Assembly: GCA_965205335.1 (NCBI GenBank)
Contig: OZ242164.1
Coordinates: 576,001-640,000, forward strand
Length of the DNA stretch: 64,000 bases
Source: Candidatus Woesearchaeota archaeon
GTDB lineage: Archaea; Nanobdellota; Nanobdellia; Woesearchaeales; UBA583
Direction of reading: 5' to 3'
Of this stretch, positions 49,256-59,183 are shown one piece after another; position 1 is the first letter of the stretch; each line of letters begins with the position of its first letter. The notes beneath the pieces were generated by a model that made no database searches, was not told the DNA's origin, and was given only the letters and a program-made list of their open reading frames with translations. The position numbers were made by a program, and so were the translations under genes.

Positions 49256-50080
49256 ATGAGAGAAAGTAGGATCATTGTTTTTGAAGACAAGAGAATACGA
49301 AGAACTTGGTTTAATAATGAGTGGTTTTATGTTATTGAAGATATTGTTTATGCAGTAACAGAGTCTAAAAATCCAAAAGATTACTTAAATAAACTTAAAA
49401 AAAGAGACTTAGGAATCTTTGAAGGATGGGGACAAATTGTCTATACCCTTGAAGTTGAAACATCTGGTGGTGTCCAGAAAATGAATTGTTCTAATACAAA
49501 GGGAATTTTTAGAATAATTCAATCAATACCTTCAAAAAGAGCAGAACCATTTAAGTTATGGCTTGCTCAATTAGGACAGGAAAGAATAGATGAAATAGAA
49601 AACCCTGAATTAGCACAAAATAGAGTAAAGGAATACTATGAGTTAAAAGGTTACCCAAGAAATTGGATTGATAAAAGGTTAAGAGGAATAAGTATAAGAC
49701 AAAAATTAACAGATGAATGGAGAAAAAGAGGAGTTAAAGAAAAAAAAGATTTTGCTATACTAACTAATGAGATACATAAAGCAGTTTTTGATAAGTCAGT
49801 AAAAGAACATAAAGACTTTAAGAATATTCCAAAACAATCCAAGATTAATTTAAGAGATCATTTAACAGATTTGGAGTTAATTCTTTCAATGCTTGGGGAA
49901 GTTTCAACAACAGAACTTGAAAAGCAGAAAGAACCAAAGACACTTAAAGAACATAAAAACATAGCAAACAAAGGTGGCAGTATATCAAAAAAAGCGAGAT
50001 TAGAGCTTGAAAAAGAGACAAAGAAAAAAGTTATTTCTAAAAGAAATTCCTTAAAAAGTAAAAAGAGGTTGGAGAAATGA
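49256..50080 (+). CDS. Bro-N domain protein (antirepressor-like)
   Basis: IRRTW...WFY...DIV, RIIQSIPSKRAEPFKLWLA, NLRDH. Confidence 0.88.
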   Translation: MRESRIIVFEDKRIRRTWFNNEWFYVIEDIVYAVTESKNPKDYLNKLKKRDLGIFEGWGQIVYTLEVETSGGVQKMNCSNTKGIFRIIQSIPSKRAEPFKLWLAQLGQERIDEIENPELAQNRVKEYYELKGYPRNWIDKRLRGISIRQKLTDEWRKRGVKEKKDFAILTNEIHKAVFDKSVKEHKDFKNIPKQSKINLRDHLTDLELILSMLGEVSTTELEKQKEPKTLKEHKNIANKGGSISKKARLELEKETKKKVISKRNSLKSKKRLEK

Positions 50081-50298
50081 ATATGGTACAAAAACACAAG
50101 AAAATAAAAATAAGAAAAGAAATCAGAAGGGAGTTAAATGATGATAGATTTTTAACAGATTACACTAAAAAGGAATTAGAGGAGGCAAGAAAAACTCCAA
50201 AAGCCAAATACATAAAAATCAAAGATATATGGCCTCTTTATTCAAAAAAATTCTCAATTTCTAATCTATTATCTTGGGCAACCTTTAATTTCCAATGA
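50077..50298 (+). CDS. Small basic protein, possibly antitoxin-like
   Basis: ATGA overlap with Bro-N gene; LTDYTKKELEEAR; tail overlaps convergent helicase gene. Confidence 0.4.
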   Translation: MNMVQKHKKIKIRKEIRRELNDDRFLTDYTKKELEEARKTPKAKYIKIKDIWPLYSKKFSISNLLSWATFNFQ

Positions 50299-52148
50299 TT
50301 TGGAAAACTCTTGGCATAAATAGGAAACAAAAACCTTGAATCCATTAAAACAATTACTCCTTTGTCCTCCTCTGTTCTAATGCACCTTCCTGCCGCCTGA
50401 ATAATCTTAGACATTGCAGGATAAACATACCCATACATCTGCCCCTTTCCATACCTCTTATCAAAATGCTTTATTATTGCAGACGTTGTAACATCAGGAA
50501 CTCCAAGAGGCAAACCAACAACAATTACTATCTCCAAGGCTTCCTTTGGCAAATCCAACCCCTCAGCAAAAGAACCAGAAGTTACCGCAAATAAAACTTT
50601 TGACTTAAAACTCAAAGAACTATTATCACGAAATGCTAACACAAACTTCTCCTTATCTTCCTTTGACATATACCTCTTCTCTCTTAGAACTTTCCTGTCA
50701 AGAGAAAAAACATTAATATTAGATACAACCTTCTCCATCATATCATAACTCGGGAAAAAAACAATTGCATTTTTATCCTGAGCACAATCCAAAATCTCAG
50801 AAACCTTCTCAGCCATTAAACGAAACATCCTAGGACTTCTCGCTGTAAACTTTGTTGTAACCTCATTCTCAACAAGAGTTAATTGATTCTCTGATGAAAA
50901 CGGACTGTCAAGTTCAAGAAGTTCACAATCACAAACCCCTAAAATATCACGATACATCTCAATAGGTGATAGCGTCCCCGACATTAAAACAGAAGAAACA
51001 GAATTATTCAAAATCTCCTTTGCAATATCACAAGGATCAATACACTTAATTCTCAAATTCAATACAGTTTTGCCCTCCCGAACATCCTTATCAAGAACTC
51101 TTAAAAAACTCTCTTCATCATAACTATTCCATCTCTCAAGAAAATTAGCAATTCTCTCAACCTGTGAAACAATCTTATCCTCTTTAATTAACGCTGCGGC
51201 TTCATACAAATCCTTTGCAATAAACTCTACATCCAGACCAACTTTTCCAAACTTGGAATTTAACTTAGTCAGAAACTCATCCTTTGAAACAAGATAACTA
51301 TCACGTCCATCCTCCAATTTATCAAAAAACAATTCTCTAATCACTTCTCCAATATTTTTTACAACAGAATCATACTTAGACGATTTTATAGTATCATTCA
51401 ATTCCCTTAATCCAAAATTTATCAAATCAGACGATAAATTAAACGAAAATCCCATACGAATTCTGTCAGGCAGATTATGAGCCTCATCAACAATTAAAAT
51501 GCACTCATCAAGGGGCTTCCCAACTCTTCCCAAAAACCTCTCAGAAATTCCTGTCTGAAAAAGATAATTATAATCACATATAACAACATCAGAACTCTGG
51601 GCTTTTAGCCCTGCCACTTCATACGGACAAAGCTTGCAACCCGCTGAAAACTCAACAAATTCCTCAACATTCATGCCTGATTTATTTGCCCTACCAATCA
51701 CTCCCAAAACCTGATCCTCATTATCGTTATCCTTGAAATTTTTATAATAAACACACTTCCCCGTTTCACGAACCTTTTTGCAAAACTCATTAAAATCCTG
51801 TGCTGAATACTGCCCCCTATCACTATGAGCACACATATTCCTCTTCCCTATAAATGCAGTATACCTTATCCTCTCACCTGATATCTTGGAATTAATATCA
51901 ATAATTGTCTTTATAACCTGATTTGCCTGAGTCTGTCTTGAAGTCAAAACAATTACTTTATGCCCTCTCTCTCTTGCAATTGAAATTGCAGGAGCAAGAG
52001 CAGAAATTGTCTTTCCAAGTCCTGTTGGAGCATTTACTAAAATATTTTTATTCTCTTCTATTGTAGAATAAACCTGTCTAATAAATTCATCTTGCCCTCG
52101 GCGAACTTTTTCATAAGGGAAGTTTACTTTTTCAAGAAGAGAATCCAT
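50238..52148 (-). CDS. XPD/Rad3/DinG-family Fe-S DNA helicase
   Basis: FPY...R.GQ, APTGLGKT, Cys cluster to CPYE, DEAHNL, SGTL, QAAGRCIR. Confidence 0.94.
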   Translation of the reverse strand: MDSLLEKVNFPYEKVRRGQDEFIRQVYSTIEENKNILVNAPTGLGKTISALAPAISIARERGHKVIVLTSRQTQANQVIKTIIDINSKISGERIRYTAFIGKRNMCAHSDRGQYSAQDFNEFCKKVRETGKCVYYKNFKDNDNEDQVLGVIGRANKSGMNVEEFVEFSAGCKLCPYEVAGLKAQSSDVVICDYNYLFQTGISERFLGRVGKPLDECILIVDEAHNLPDRIRMGFSFNLSSDLINFGLRELNDTIKSSKYDSVVKNIGEVIRELFFDKLEDGRDSYLVSKDEFLTKLNSKFGKVGLDVEFIAKDLYEAAALIKEDKIVSQVERIANFLERWNSYDEESFLRVLDKDVREGKTVLNLRIKCIDPCDIAKEILNNSVSSVLMSGTLSPIEMYRDILGVCDCELLELDSPFSSENQLTLVENEVTTKFTARSPRMFRLMAEKVSEILDCAQDKNAIVFFPSYDMMEKVVSNINVFSLDRKVLREKRYMSKEDKEKFVLAFRDNSSLSFKSKVLFAVTSGSFAEGLDLPKEALEIVIVVGLPLGVPDVTTSAIIKHFDKRYGKGQMYGYVYPAMSKIIQAAGRCIRTEEDKGVIVLMDSRFLFPIYAKSFPNHWKLKVAQDNRLEIENFFE

Positions 52149-52256
52149 AATAAAGTTAAGAGAGATATGTTATAAATCTTTTGTGTTCTTGGAAAATCAC
52201 ATTAACGAGAATACAGAATTTAATCCTGAATTAAAGAATTCCAATGTTTTCGCCAA

Positions 52257-52790
52257 TTACTTTTTCCAATCTTTTTTTAAATCTTCCAATCTGGTTTTAA
52301 TACCCAATTTCTCTAAGTAATTAACTGTTTTTTCAGGTACAAAATTCTTCCATTTTGAATCATTTCTTAAAATCATCTCTCTTATATCCGAACCTGAAAT
52401 GTCAGGAATCTCTCTAAGCAAATCATGAGGTGTCTTGACCTCATTTCCTAACTTTTCAAAAATTCTCTTAACCGCAGAACTTCCTGATACAATTAGTGTC
52501 TTCCTATTTACATTGCAGTTTTCTAATATGAAATCCAATCTGTCCTTTGATTCTTTAAAATACGGCATATGAATAAATTCAATCTTTTCAATATCTTCTT
52601 TACTTAGAACTTCTTTTATGAACTTTTCTCTTTCCAATCCTGTTAGGGGATTTTTAAAGTCAGTTTTATTGCTTTGATAAATTACAAGAATCAGATTGTC
52701 CGTTTGTTTCAATGCTTTTCTAAGCAATTTATAATGTCCCAAATGCATTGGCTGAAATCTTACAGGCATTAAAATATTTTCATACCTCAT
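52257..52790 (-). CDS. Nicotinamide-nucleotide adenylyltransferase-like nucleotidyltransferase
   Basis: RFQPMHLGH, NPLTGLER, ISGSDIRE...W...VP. Confidence 0.85.
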   Translation of the reverse strand: MRYENILMPVRFQPMHLGHYKLLRKALKQTDNLILVIYQSNKTDFKNPLTGLEREKFIKEVLSKEDIEKIEFIHMPYFKESKDRLDFILENCNVNRKTLIVSGSSAVKRIFEKLGNEVKTPHDLLREIPDISGSDIREMILRNDSKWKNFVPEKTVNYLEKLGIKTRLEDLKKDWKK

Positions 52791-52840
52791 ACGAAATGAT
52801 ATTAAGTAAAATATATAAATTTATGTCTGCACAATATAAT

Positions 52841-53398
52841 ATGACTAAACAGATTCCAAAACATGCTAAGAAAGTTTTCAACGGCGTTTTATTTAATGTG
52901 TACCAATGGGAACAGGAATTATTTGACGGAAGCAAAACAACATTTGAGGGAGTAGTACACAGACCATCTGTTCAGGTTATCGCACTAACACAGGACAAAA
53001 AAATAGTTCTGCTAAAAGAAAAACAACCAAGCAGAGGCTCTTTCACATCCTTAGTTGGTGGAGGGGTTGATTCAGGAGAAGACTATGAAACTGCCGCAAG
53101 ACGTGAACTCTTAGAGGAAACAGGAATGAAATGCTCACAATTAGAATTATTTAAGATAGACAGAGAAGCAGGGCACATGATATGGAACACACAATATTAC
53201 TTTGCAAAAGGTTGCAAAAAAGTTCAAGAACCGCAAGTTGATTCTGGGGAGAAAATAAGTATCAGCCTTCTTGATTTTGACGAGTTCATTTGTGAAGTTG
53301 CAAAACCTCATTTTAGAAACAAGGGATTTAGTTTAATGGTTCTTCAGATGCATTACGAAAAAACATTAAACGAATTTAAAAAAAGATTACTTAGTTAA
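52841..53398 (+). CDS. NUDIX hydrolase
   Basis: GGGVDSGEDYETAARRELLEETG Nudix box. Confidence 0.93.
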   Translation: MTKQIPKHAKKVFNGVLFNVYQWEQELFDGSKTTFEGVVHRPSVQVIALTQDKKIVLLKEKQPSRGSFTSLVGGGVDSGEDYETAARRELLEETGMKCSQLELFKIDREAGHMIWNTQYYFAKGCKKVQEPQVDSGEKISISLLDFDEFICEVAKPHFRNKGFSLMVLQMHYEKTLNEFKKRLLS

Positions 53399-53436
53399 AC
53401 TGCTCATTTCTCAAATAAATTTCCCTTAAATAAAAC

Positions 53437-54066
53437 TTATTTCATACCTTCAATTGTTTTATGCAATAAATTCAGAACCTTCGTTCTTTCATGATAACTT
53501 AGAATTACATTTCTAACTCTTGGGTTTAAAATTTCCTCTGTATTGTGAACTAATTTTTTTCTCTTCAATTCTTTTAACGTTGTGGGATGAGAAGTCGCCA
53601 AGATTTTTCCCTCATCCATTCTTTCATCCTCTATTAAATGAAGTGTTGATGTAATTTCTTTGTACTTCAAAAATTCTTTTATCTCTGAGTTCAGTCCTTT
53701 CATATCCTCTCCTTTATTCAAGTCAGCATTGTGAATATTTATTATTTTAAGATTAGGATTTCTAAATTTCCCAAACTCAATAAATGACTTGGGAAGAAGT
53801 TTTGTGAAATTATTTGTGATTATAAAATCAGGTTCAAACTGTTCTATGAATACTGATAAATTATCAAAATACTGTTCTGGATTTTTCTCAAACAATTTCT
53901 GGTTCGCAAAAGTGTATGTATAAAAATTATCCAAATCATAAATATCAAAAGGAAATTTTCTATCAAAAATAAGAAAAATATCATATTCTCTATATTTCTG
54001 GGCAAAATTACATGCTAAATTTACATAAGATGATGACAAAAATACAATTCTTTTTCTCTCTTTCAT
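53437..54066 (-). CDS. Divergent formyltransferase-fold protein (PurN-like)
   Basis: FTKLLP..F, IINIH, STLHLIEDERMDEGKIL. Confidence 0.65.
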   Translation of the reverse strand: MKERKRIVFLSSSYVNLACNFAQKYREYDIFLIFDRKFPFDIYDLDNFYTYTFANQKLFEKNPEQYFDNLSVFIEQFEPDFIITNNFTKLLPKSFIEFGKFRNPNLKIINIHNADLNKGEDMKGLNSEIKEFLKYKEITSTLHLIEDERMDEGKILATSHPTTLKELKRKKLVHNTEEILNPRVRNVILSYHERTKVLNLLHKTIEGMK

Positions 54067-54112
54067 AGAGTTAGATAAGAAACCTCAGTTTAAAAATTCA
54101 TTGTATTTGAAG

Positions 54113-54284
54113 GGCTTTGTAGAAAATAGATTTGGGCAGGCTTTCTATCTTTACCTGAGTTCCTAATTCTAAACAAATTTTGACAAAAAACCTTATGAAA
54201 GAGAGACTTTTGAGTCAATGTGAGATTGGGATTTATCTTAAATCGAAACTCAATCTCCAACTTTATCTTATTTTCTACAAAGCC
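54113..54284. mobile_element. MITE family C (172 bp), IS903-like ends
   Basis: Perfect 16-bp TIR GGCTTTGTAGAAAATA; flanks TATTTGAAG/AATTTAAGG match only 6/9. Confidence 0.75.
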
Positions 54285-54451
54285 AATTTAAGGATAAATT
54301 ATTTAAGGCTCAAAAAAGAGAGAAGATTGCCTAATCAACATAGCCATAAGTGACTTAGTGTTGCAGCACTATGGGCTTGAATTGAGAAGGGTTGGTTAAA
54401 GTGTTGAAGATAGAAAGAAAAATTAGAGTTTGGTTTTACCAAAACTAGACT

Positions 54452-55273
54452 CTATAAACTAGATCTAATTTTTTGAGTTTCTTTGTCATAGGTTGCTAAA
54501 CCTAATTGACATAATTTAAATGAGATAGAAACAGGACTTCTACCAAGTTTTTTAGCAATATCTTCTAATGAATGTTTATCTTTATACATCGTTTCAACTT
54601 TTTGACCTTCTTCTTGAGTCCAATTCTTACCATGATTAGGATATCTCTCCAATAATTCTTCTGTAGTTGTTGAAGTATGTCTCTTATTTTTAATATCTGC
54701 AATTGAGAATTTTCTTTTATCTGTATTGATATATTTCTTATTTTCTCTTTCTAATAGTTTCTTGGGCTTTTCCCAATTTATTTCTTCAATTGGCATGAAA
54801 AATCCTGTCTCTTTCTTTAACCTCAAATGTTCTTTGTAATGACATCTATTACATAAAACTCTTATCATATCAATATTTTGTTGAAATTCATTAGGATATT
54901 TTTTAAACATTGCTGGCCAAATACTTTCATTCCTTATGTCGATATATTCATTAGGAATTTTAAGATCGTAAGAGAAATGATGTAAAGTTATATCTTTATC
55001 AGTTCCACAATGTTCACAATTCTTCCCCCTAACTTCAAAAACTTTCTCTCTAAAAAATTTACTTTTTAATTGTTTTCTAGCAAGATTAGAACTTCCAAAT
55101 AAAGTTAAATATTCTTTAGGGAATTTCAAAAAGTCCAAGACATTATCTTGCATAGTTTTTAGATCTTGTAATTGATTGTAACATTCTAATGAGCAATATA
55201 AAAATCCTTCTTTATCTGTGAAAGAATCATTTGGTAATTCATCTCTGCAAGAATTACAAGTAGGTACTTTCAT
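54452..55273 (-). CDS. HNH-like endonuclease with N-terminal Cys4 finger and C-terminal HTH
   Basis: CNSC...YCSLEC; CEHCG...LHH...LCNRCH...H; HGKNWTQEE...IAKKLGRS. Confidence 0.75.
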   Translation of the reverse strand: MKVPTCNSCRDELPNDSFTDKEGFLYCSLECYNQLQDLKTMQDNVLDFLKFPKEYLTLFGSSNLARKQLKSKFFREKVFEVRGKNCEHCGTDKDITLHHFSYDLKIPNEYIDIRNESIWPAMFKKYPNEFQQNIDMIRVLCNRCHYKEHLRLKKETGFFMPIEEINWEKPKKLLERENKKYINTDKRKFSIADIKNKRHTSTTTEELLERYPNHGKNWTQEEGQKVETMYKDKHSLEDIAKKLGRSPVSISFKLCQLGLATYDKETQKIRSSL

Positions 55274-55573
55274 TTTTCTTCTTTGATAGGACTCTTTTCT
55301 TTAATACTTAATTTGAATTTTTAAGTAAACTAATTCCCTTTATCATTTGTCTATCCATACACTTAATACTACATAGTTTTATATATATTTAGCCACACAT
55401 AATACACAAACTAAACACATATTTAAAGTTTTTGAACCACAACGTGTTAGTAATACCTCAAAAGGCTTGATAAAAATTATAATATTCAAATACAAAAGTG
55501 CTAAATCCCTAATTTACAAAGTAAATTTTTTAAAAGATTATATAAATCCTAAGTCATTCTTAATTGTATTAAA

Positions 55574-56570
55574 ATGATTAACCCTAAGCACAAAACAGAT
55601 ATTCATAAGTTTTTAGAATCATTTATTGGTTCTATTGAATTTGAGGAATTCCCTTTCTCCAAAAATGTCCTAAATAGGATTCTTGATTACTCCTTAAATG
55701 GAAAATCCATCAGAGGTTCTCTTGTTCTTGAGACTTACAAATCTGTATGGGGGCAATGATTTTGAAAAGGCTCTAAGGGTTGCAACTGGCGTTGAACTAT
55801 TTCACAGTTCAATTTTAATAATAGATGATATTATGGATTGCGATGATATAAGACGAGGCAAACCGTCAATACACAAGCAGTTTGAGAACTTTAATCTTAA
55901 CAGAATATCCAAAAAAGACGGAGAGAGTTACGCTATTTGTGTCTCGACAATTACAAGTTATCTTGGGTTTAAATTATTAAAAGATGTAGATTCTAAAATC
56001 ATTGATTTAATATTAAACAATTACTCTTTGACATATCTTGCCCAGATGCGAGAACTTCAAATTTCAGCAGATATAAGTATTTCAAGAGATGACATTGAAA
56101 AGGTTTACAGAACGAAAACAGGAATATACACCTTCTCGTGTCCTATATCAATTGGTATTTTGCTCTCAGGCAATGAATTTGATAACATGATTTCTGATTT
56201 AGGTGAAGAATTAGGATTATTGTTTCAAATAAAAGATGATTTGCTTGAAATTGAGAGTTCAACTGACGAAATAGGAAAACCCATCGCATCAGACATAGTA
56301 GCAAACAGAATGACTTTGCCAAGATTTCTTTTAAGAAGTGAAATCGATGACTCTGATGAATTGGAAAGATTTGATTCCATTTTTGGCAATGAAGTGAATG
56401 CAGATGATTTGGAGTTTCTAAGGTCAATATGTAAGAAATACAATCTAATTTTCAAATTGTATTCTTACATGGATGAAATTGAAGCAAGTATAAAATCCAA
56501 GTTAGGCAAACACAAATTAAAAGAAATGATAATTCGTTTTATGGATTATAACAGAGATAGAAAGAGATAG
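55574..56570 (+). CDS. Polyprenyl diphosphate synthase, split by a frameshift near 55745
   Basis: GKSIRG in first frame; DDIMD..RRGKP, KTG, FQIKDD in second frame. Confidence 0.85.
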
Positions 56571-56617
56571 GTTTGATAGGATTGTAATCAAATTAGGTTG
56601 TTTTCTTATATTGATAT

Positions 56618-57358
56618 TCATTTCAGATTAATTAAATCATTAGCATTTGTTATATTTACTTTGTCAACTTCTCCTGAATGAGTCCAGAAGATCTTACAAA
56701 TTATTTCTTTTCCAATTTCTCCTTCTCTGTGACCCTTTGCATTCCTATGAAACAAAAAAATTCCTCTGAATACATGAAAAAAACCTTCTTCTTCAGCAGG
56801 TGTAACACAAAAGGGAATTTTTAATTTTCCTGTATCTTTATTAAATGCTTTATTAACCAAATCAACACCAATATCACTTTGACTTAAATTTGCTTTCTCT
56901 CTTATTCTAACTTCTAAATGCCTACACGCATTCAAGACTAAATTCCGCCAGTCTTCAGAATCATAAGTCCTTTGACATGCTTCAATTAAGTTTTTATCAT
57001 GAATCCCTAAAGGAGAACTAACTTGAATTGAAGAATTCATAGATAATAACTTTTCTTGAGATAATTGTTTTAATTTAGAAATTCCTTCCCTTAAATCTGT
57101 CACTATTGAATCTGAACGTGAAATTTGTGAAGGAGGGATATAACTCCCATCATCAGACCTATACTTATTATAAAATCCGTCAATTTTCTCAATAAAAAAA
57201 TCAATTTTCCCTACATCAATTTCTTTAGAATTAACAGGATTATTCAATTCATAAACAAATGAGATAATTGATGAGAAAAATTTGTTATCGGATTCTACAT
57301 GGTCAAGTAATGCCTTCACATTATACTTTAATTTCTTTAACTCATCCATACAAATCAC
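56618..57358 (-). CDS. TIGR02391-like protein
   Basis: LEVRIR...GVDLVNKAF...EEEG...G...RNAKGH. Confidence 0.7.
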   Translation of the reverse strand: MICMDELKKLKYNVKALLDHVESDNKFFSSIISFVYELNNPVNSKEIDVGKIDFFIEKIDGFYNKYRSDDGSYIPPSQISRSDSIVTDLREGISKLKQLSQEKLLSMNSSIQVSSPLGIHDKNLIEACQRTYDSEDWRNLVLNACRHLEVRIREKANLSQSDIGVDLVNKAFNKDTGKLKIPFCVTPAEEEGFFHVFRGIFLFHRNAKGHREGEIGKEIICKIFWTHSGEVDKVNITNANDLINLK

Positions 57359-57413
57359 CTACAGGTATCTATTTAGAGTACCTAACAATTCATAGATATT
57401 TTCTTTTGAAAAG

Positions 57414-57488
57414 TAGCGAAGAGTGGATTTGAACCACTGACCTCCGGGTTATGAGCCCGACGGGCACTCCTAACTGCCCCACTTCGCT
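57414..57488 (-). tRNA. Initiator tRNA-Met(CAU)
   Basis: A1-U72, GGG/CCC anticodon stem around CTCATAA, GTTCAAATC. Confidence 0.96.
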
Positions 57489-57511
57489 ATAATAAAAAAT
57501 ATTTAAAAAAT

Positions 57512-57880
57512 TCAGCCAATAATTCTTGGTTTATCCTTTGGATTCCTTGAAATATAATCAGAAATTCTAAAAAACTTACCGCCTGACTTCTCAATCTTTT
57601 CAAGTGCACTATAAGATGCATTAAACCCAATAACTGTAACCTTCTTCGTTAAATTGCCATCACCAAGCACCTTGCCGCAAACAATAACACTCTCGCCATC
57701 CTTTGCATGCCTGTCAATCTTTGATAAATTCACTTGGGATCTCTGACTCGCAGAACCTGCTAACTTAGCAGCAACTGCTCTCCAAGTGCCAACACCTGAC
57801 TTATTTGAAAACTTCTTCAAACCAGAAATTACATCAAACAATTCCTTATCAGTTGTCTTAGTCTTAGGAAAACTCGCCAT
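57512..57880 (-). CDS. rpl18e: 50S ribosomal protein L18e (eL18)
   Basis: W..VA..L, VNLSKI, GKVLGDG, A.EKIEKSGG. Confidence 0.93.
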   Translation of the reverse strand: MASFPKTKTTDKELFDVISGLKKFSNKSGVGTWRAVAAKLAGSASQRSQVNLSKIDRHAKDGESVIVCGKVLGDGNLTKKVTVIGFNASYSALEKIEKSGGKFFRISDYISRNPKDKPRIIG

Positions 57881-58011
57881 TGCAATTAAAATAAATCCCA
57901 ATTACTTTATAAAGACTTTGATTTAGAGCCTAAAATTAAAAAAAATGCTTCTCAAAAAACCTCCTAACATCCCAATTCATCTAACACAAATCAGACACCA
58001 GAAAATAAATA

Positions 58012-58776
58012 TTACGAATAACTCACATTACTCAATGGATAACAATATTCAAAAATACCAAACTTACTCCCAAAACTGCAAACGCAAAACCAATTACTCA
58101 TATTATAACCCTCTTCTAAATCAGCATGTCTTTGAACATAACTACTATTCACCACTAAAACCACATCACCTTCTCCACAAAAATCCATGCAATCAGGCTT
58201 AGACTCAAAAACTGAAACATTAGTATGAACATAATACTCACCATCAATAACCAATTTACTTAAACTATCAGAACATATAACCCCAACCTGCTCAACATCA
58301 GAACCGCTAATCAAACCATCCCAATCATGCAAATCAATATCAAACAAATAAAAAGTTAAAAGTAATAAAACAGAAACAAAAACCATAACCTTAAACAAGA
58401 AAAATATAAACCTAAACAGCCAGCTATAAAAAATTCCTTTTGCTTTTCTTAACACTTCCCTCTGCCATACAGAACTTGGAGTATCCGGATACACAGATAT
58501 AAGCCCATAACTATTATGCCTGTAAATTTCCTTCTTACCTTTCGAAATACTATCATAATTAGAATCGCCCACCATCCCAAAATATTCAATGATCAACTTC
58601 CTCTTAGGAATATAAAAATCAGGATAAAATATACTCTCCTTACCCTTATCATAAGGCCTCTTTAAAATTAACCTCTTCTCATACACAAACTTAATTCTCT
58701 TCTCCGTAAGAAACTTGGCAATCCTTAACTCGCCCCTGCTCTTATACTTCACCTCATTAAACTTATAACTCTTCAT
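58012..58776 (-). CDS. PD-(D/E)XK-like domain + TM + Cys-rich C-terminus
   Basis: KSRGELRIA...YE...YPDFYI...IEYFG then hydrophobic helix. Confidence 0.65.
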   Translation of the reverse strand: MKSYKFNEVKYKSRGELRIAKFLTEKRIKFVYEKRLILKRPYDKGKESIFYPDFYIPKRKLIIEYFGMVGDSNYDSISKGKKEIYRHNSYGLISVYPDTPSSVWQREVLRKAKGIFYSWLFRFIFFLFKVMVFVSVLLLLTFYLFDIDLHDWDGLISGSDVEQVGVICSDSLSKLVIDGEYYVHTNVSVFESKPDCMDFCGEGDVVLVVNSSYVQRHADLEEGYNMSNWFCVCSFGSKFGIFEYCYPLSNVSYS

Positions 58777-58997
58777 CTTCTCTTAAACAAAACCAAATAA
58801 AGCAAATATGCCACAACCAATATCAACACAACCTTTCCTGCAACAATAAGAAACTCAGCAACCTCTTCCCTAAACTTATACACAACAAAACAGACAATCA
58901 ATAACAAAAGTGCAAACACTAAAAAAATAAAACTTAATTTGGAGAACCTCTTAAACAAAGATTTCCTGCGGCTTGAACGCCTAAAAAACTTACCCAT
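58773..58997 (-). CDS. Small 2-TM membrane protein
   Basis: Basic N-terminus, two hydrophobic helices, overlap with next gene. Confidence 0.6.
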   Translation of the reverse strand: MGKFFRRSSRRKSLFKRFSKLSFIFLVFALLLLIVCFVVYKFREEVAEFLIVAGKVVLILVVAYLLYLVLFKRR

Positions 58998-59183
58998 ATG
59001 AATTTTCTTACTTTCCCATTTATATAATTAATCAAGTAAAAAACAAAAGATACCAAAAAATCCTAAACCTCACTAACCTTTCTACAAAATAACAAACTCC
59101 ATCAACCAACCATAAACCTTACAAAACTAACAAACTCCACTAAGTATTACAAAAATTACACACACTAAAGAACTATAAAAAAA

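Noticed and set aside
49136-49456. Upstream copy of a Bro-N segment as a DGR template/variable repeat pair
   Set aside because: Differences are not adenine-specific, many are synonymous, and no reverse transcriptase is present; best read as a paralogue relic.
57414-57488. tRNAs as attachment sites of an integrated virus or island
   Set aside because: I found no duplicated tRNA 3' end or integrase in the window.
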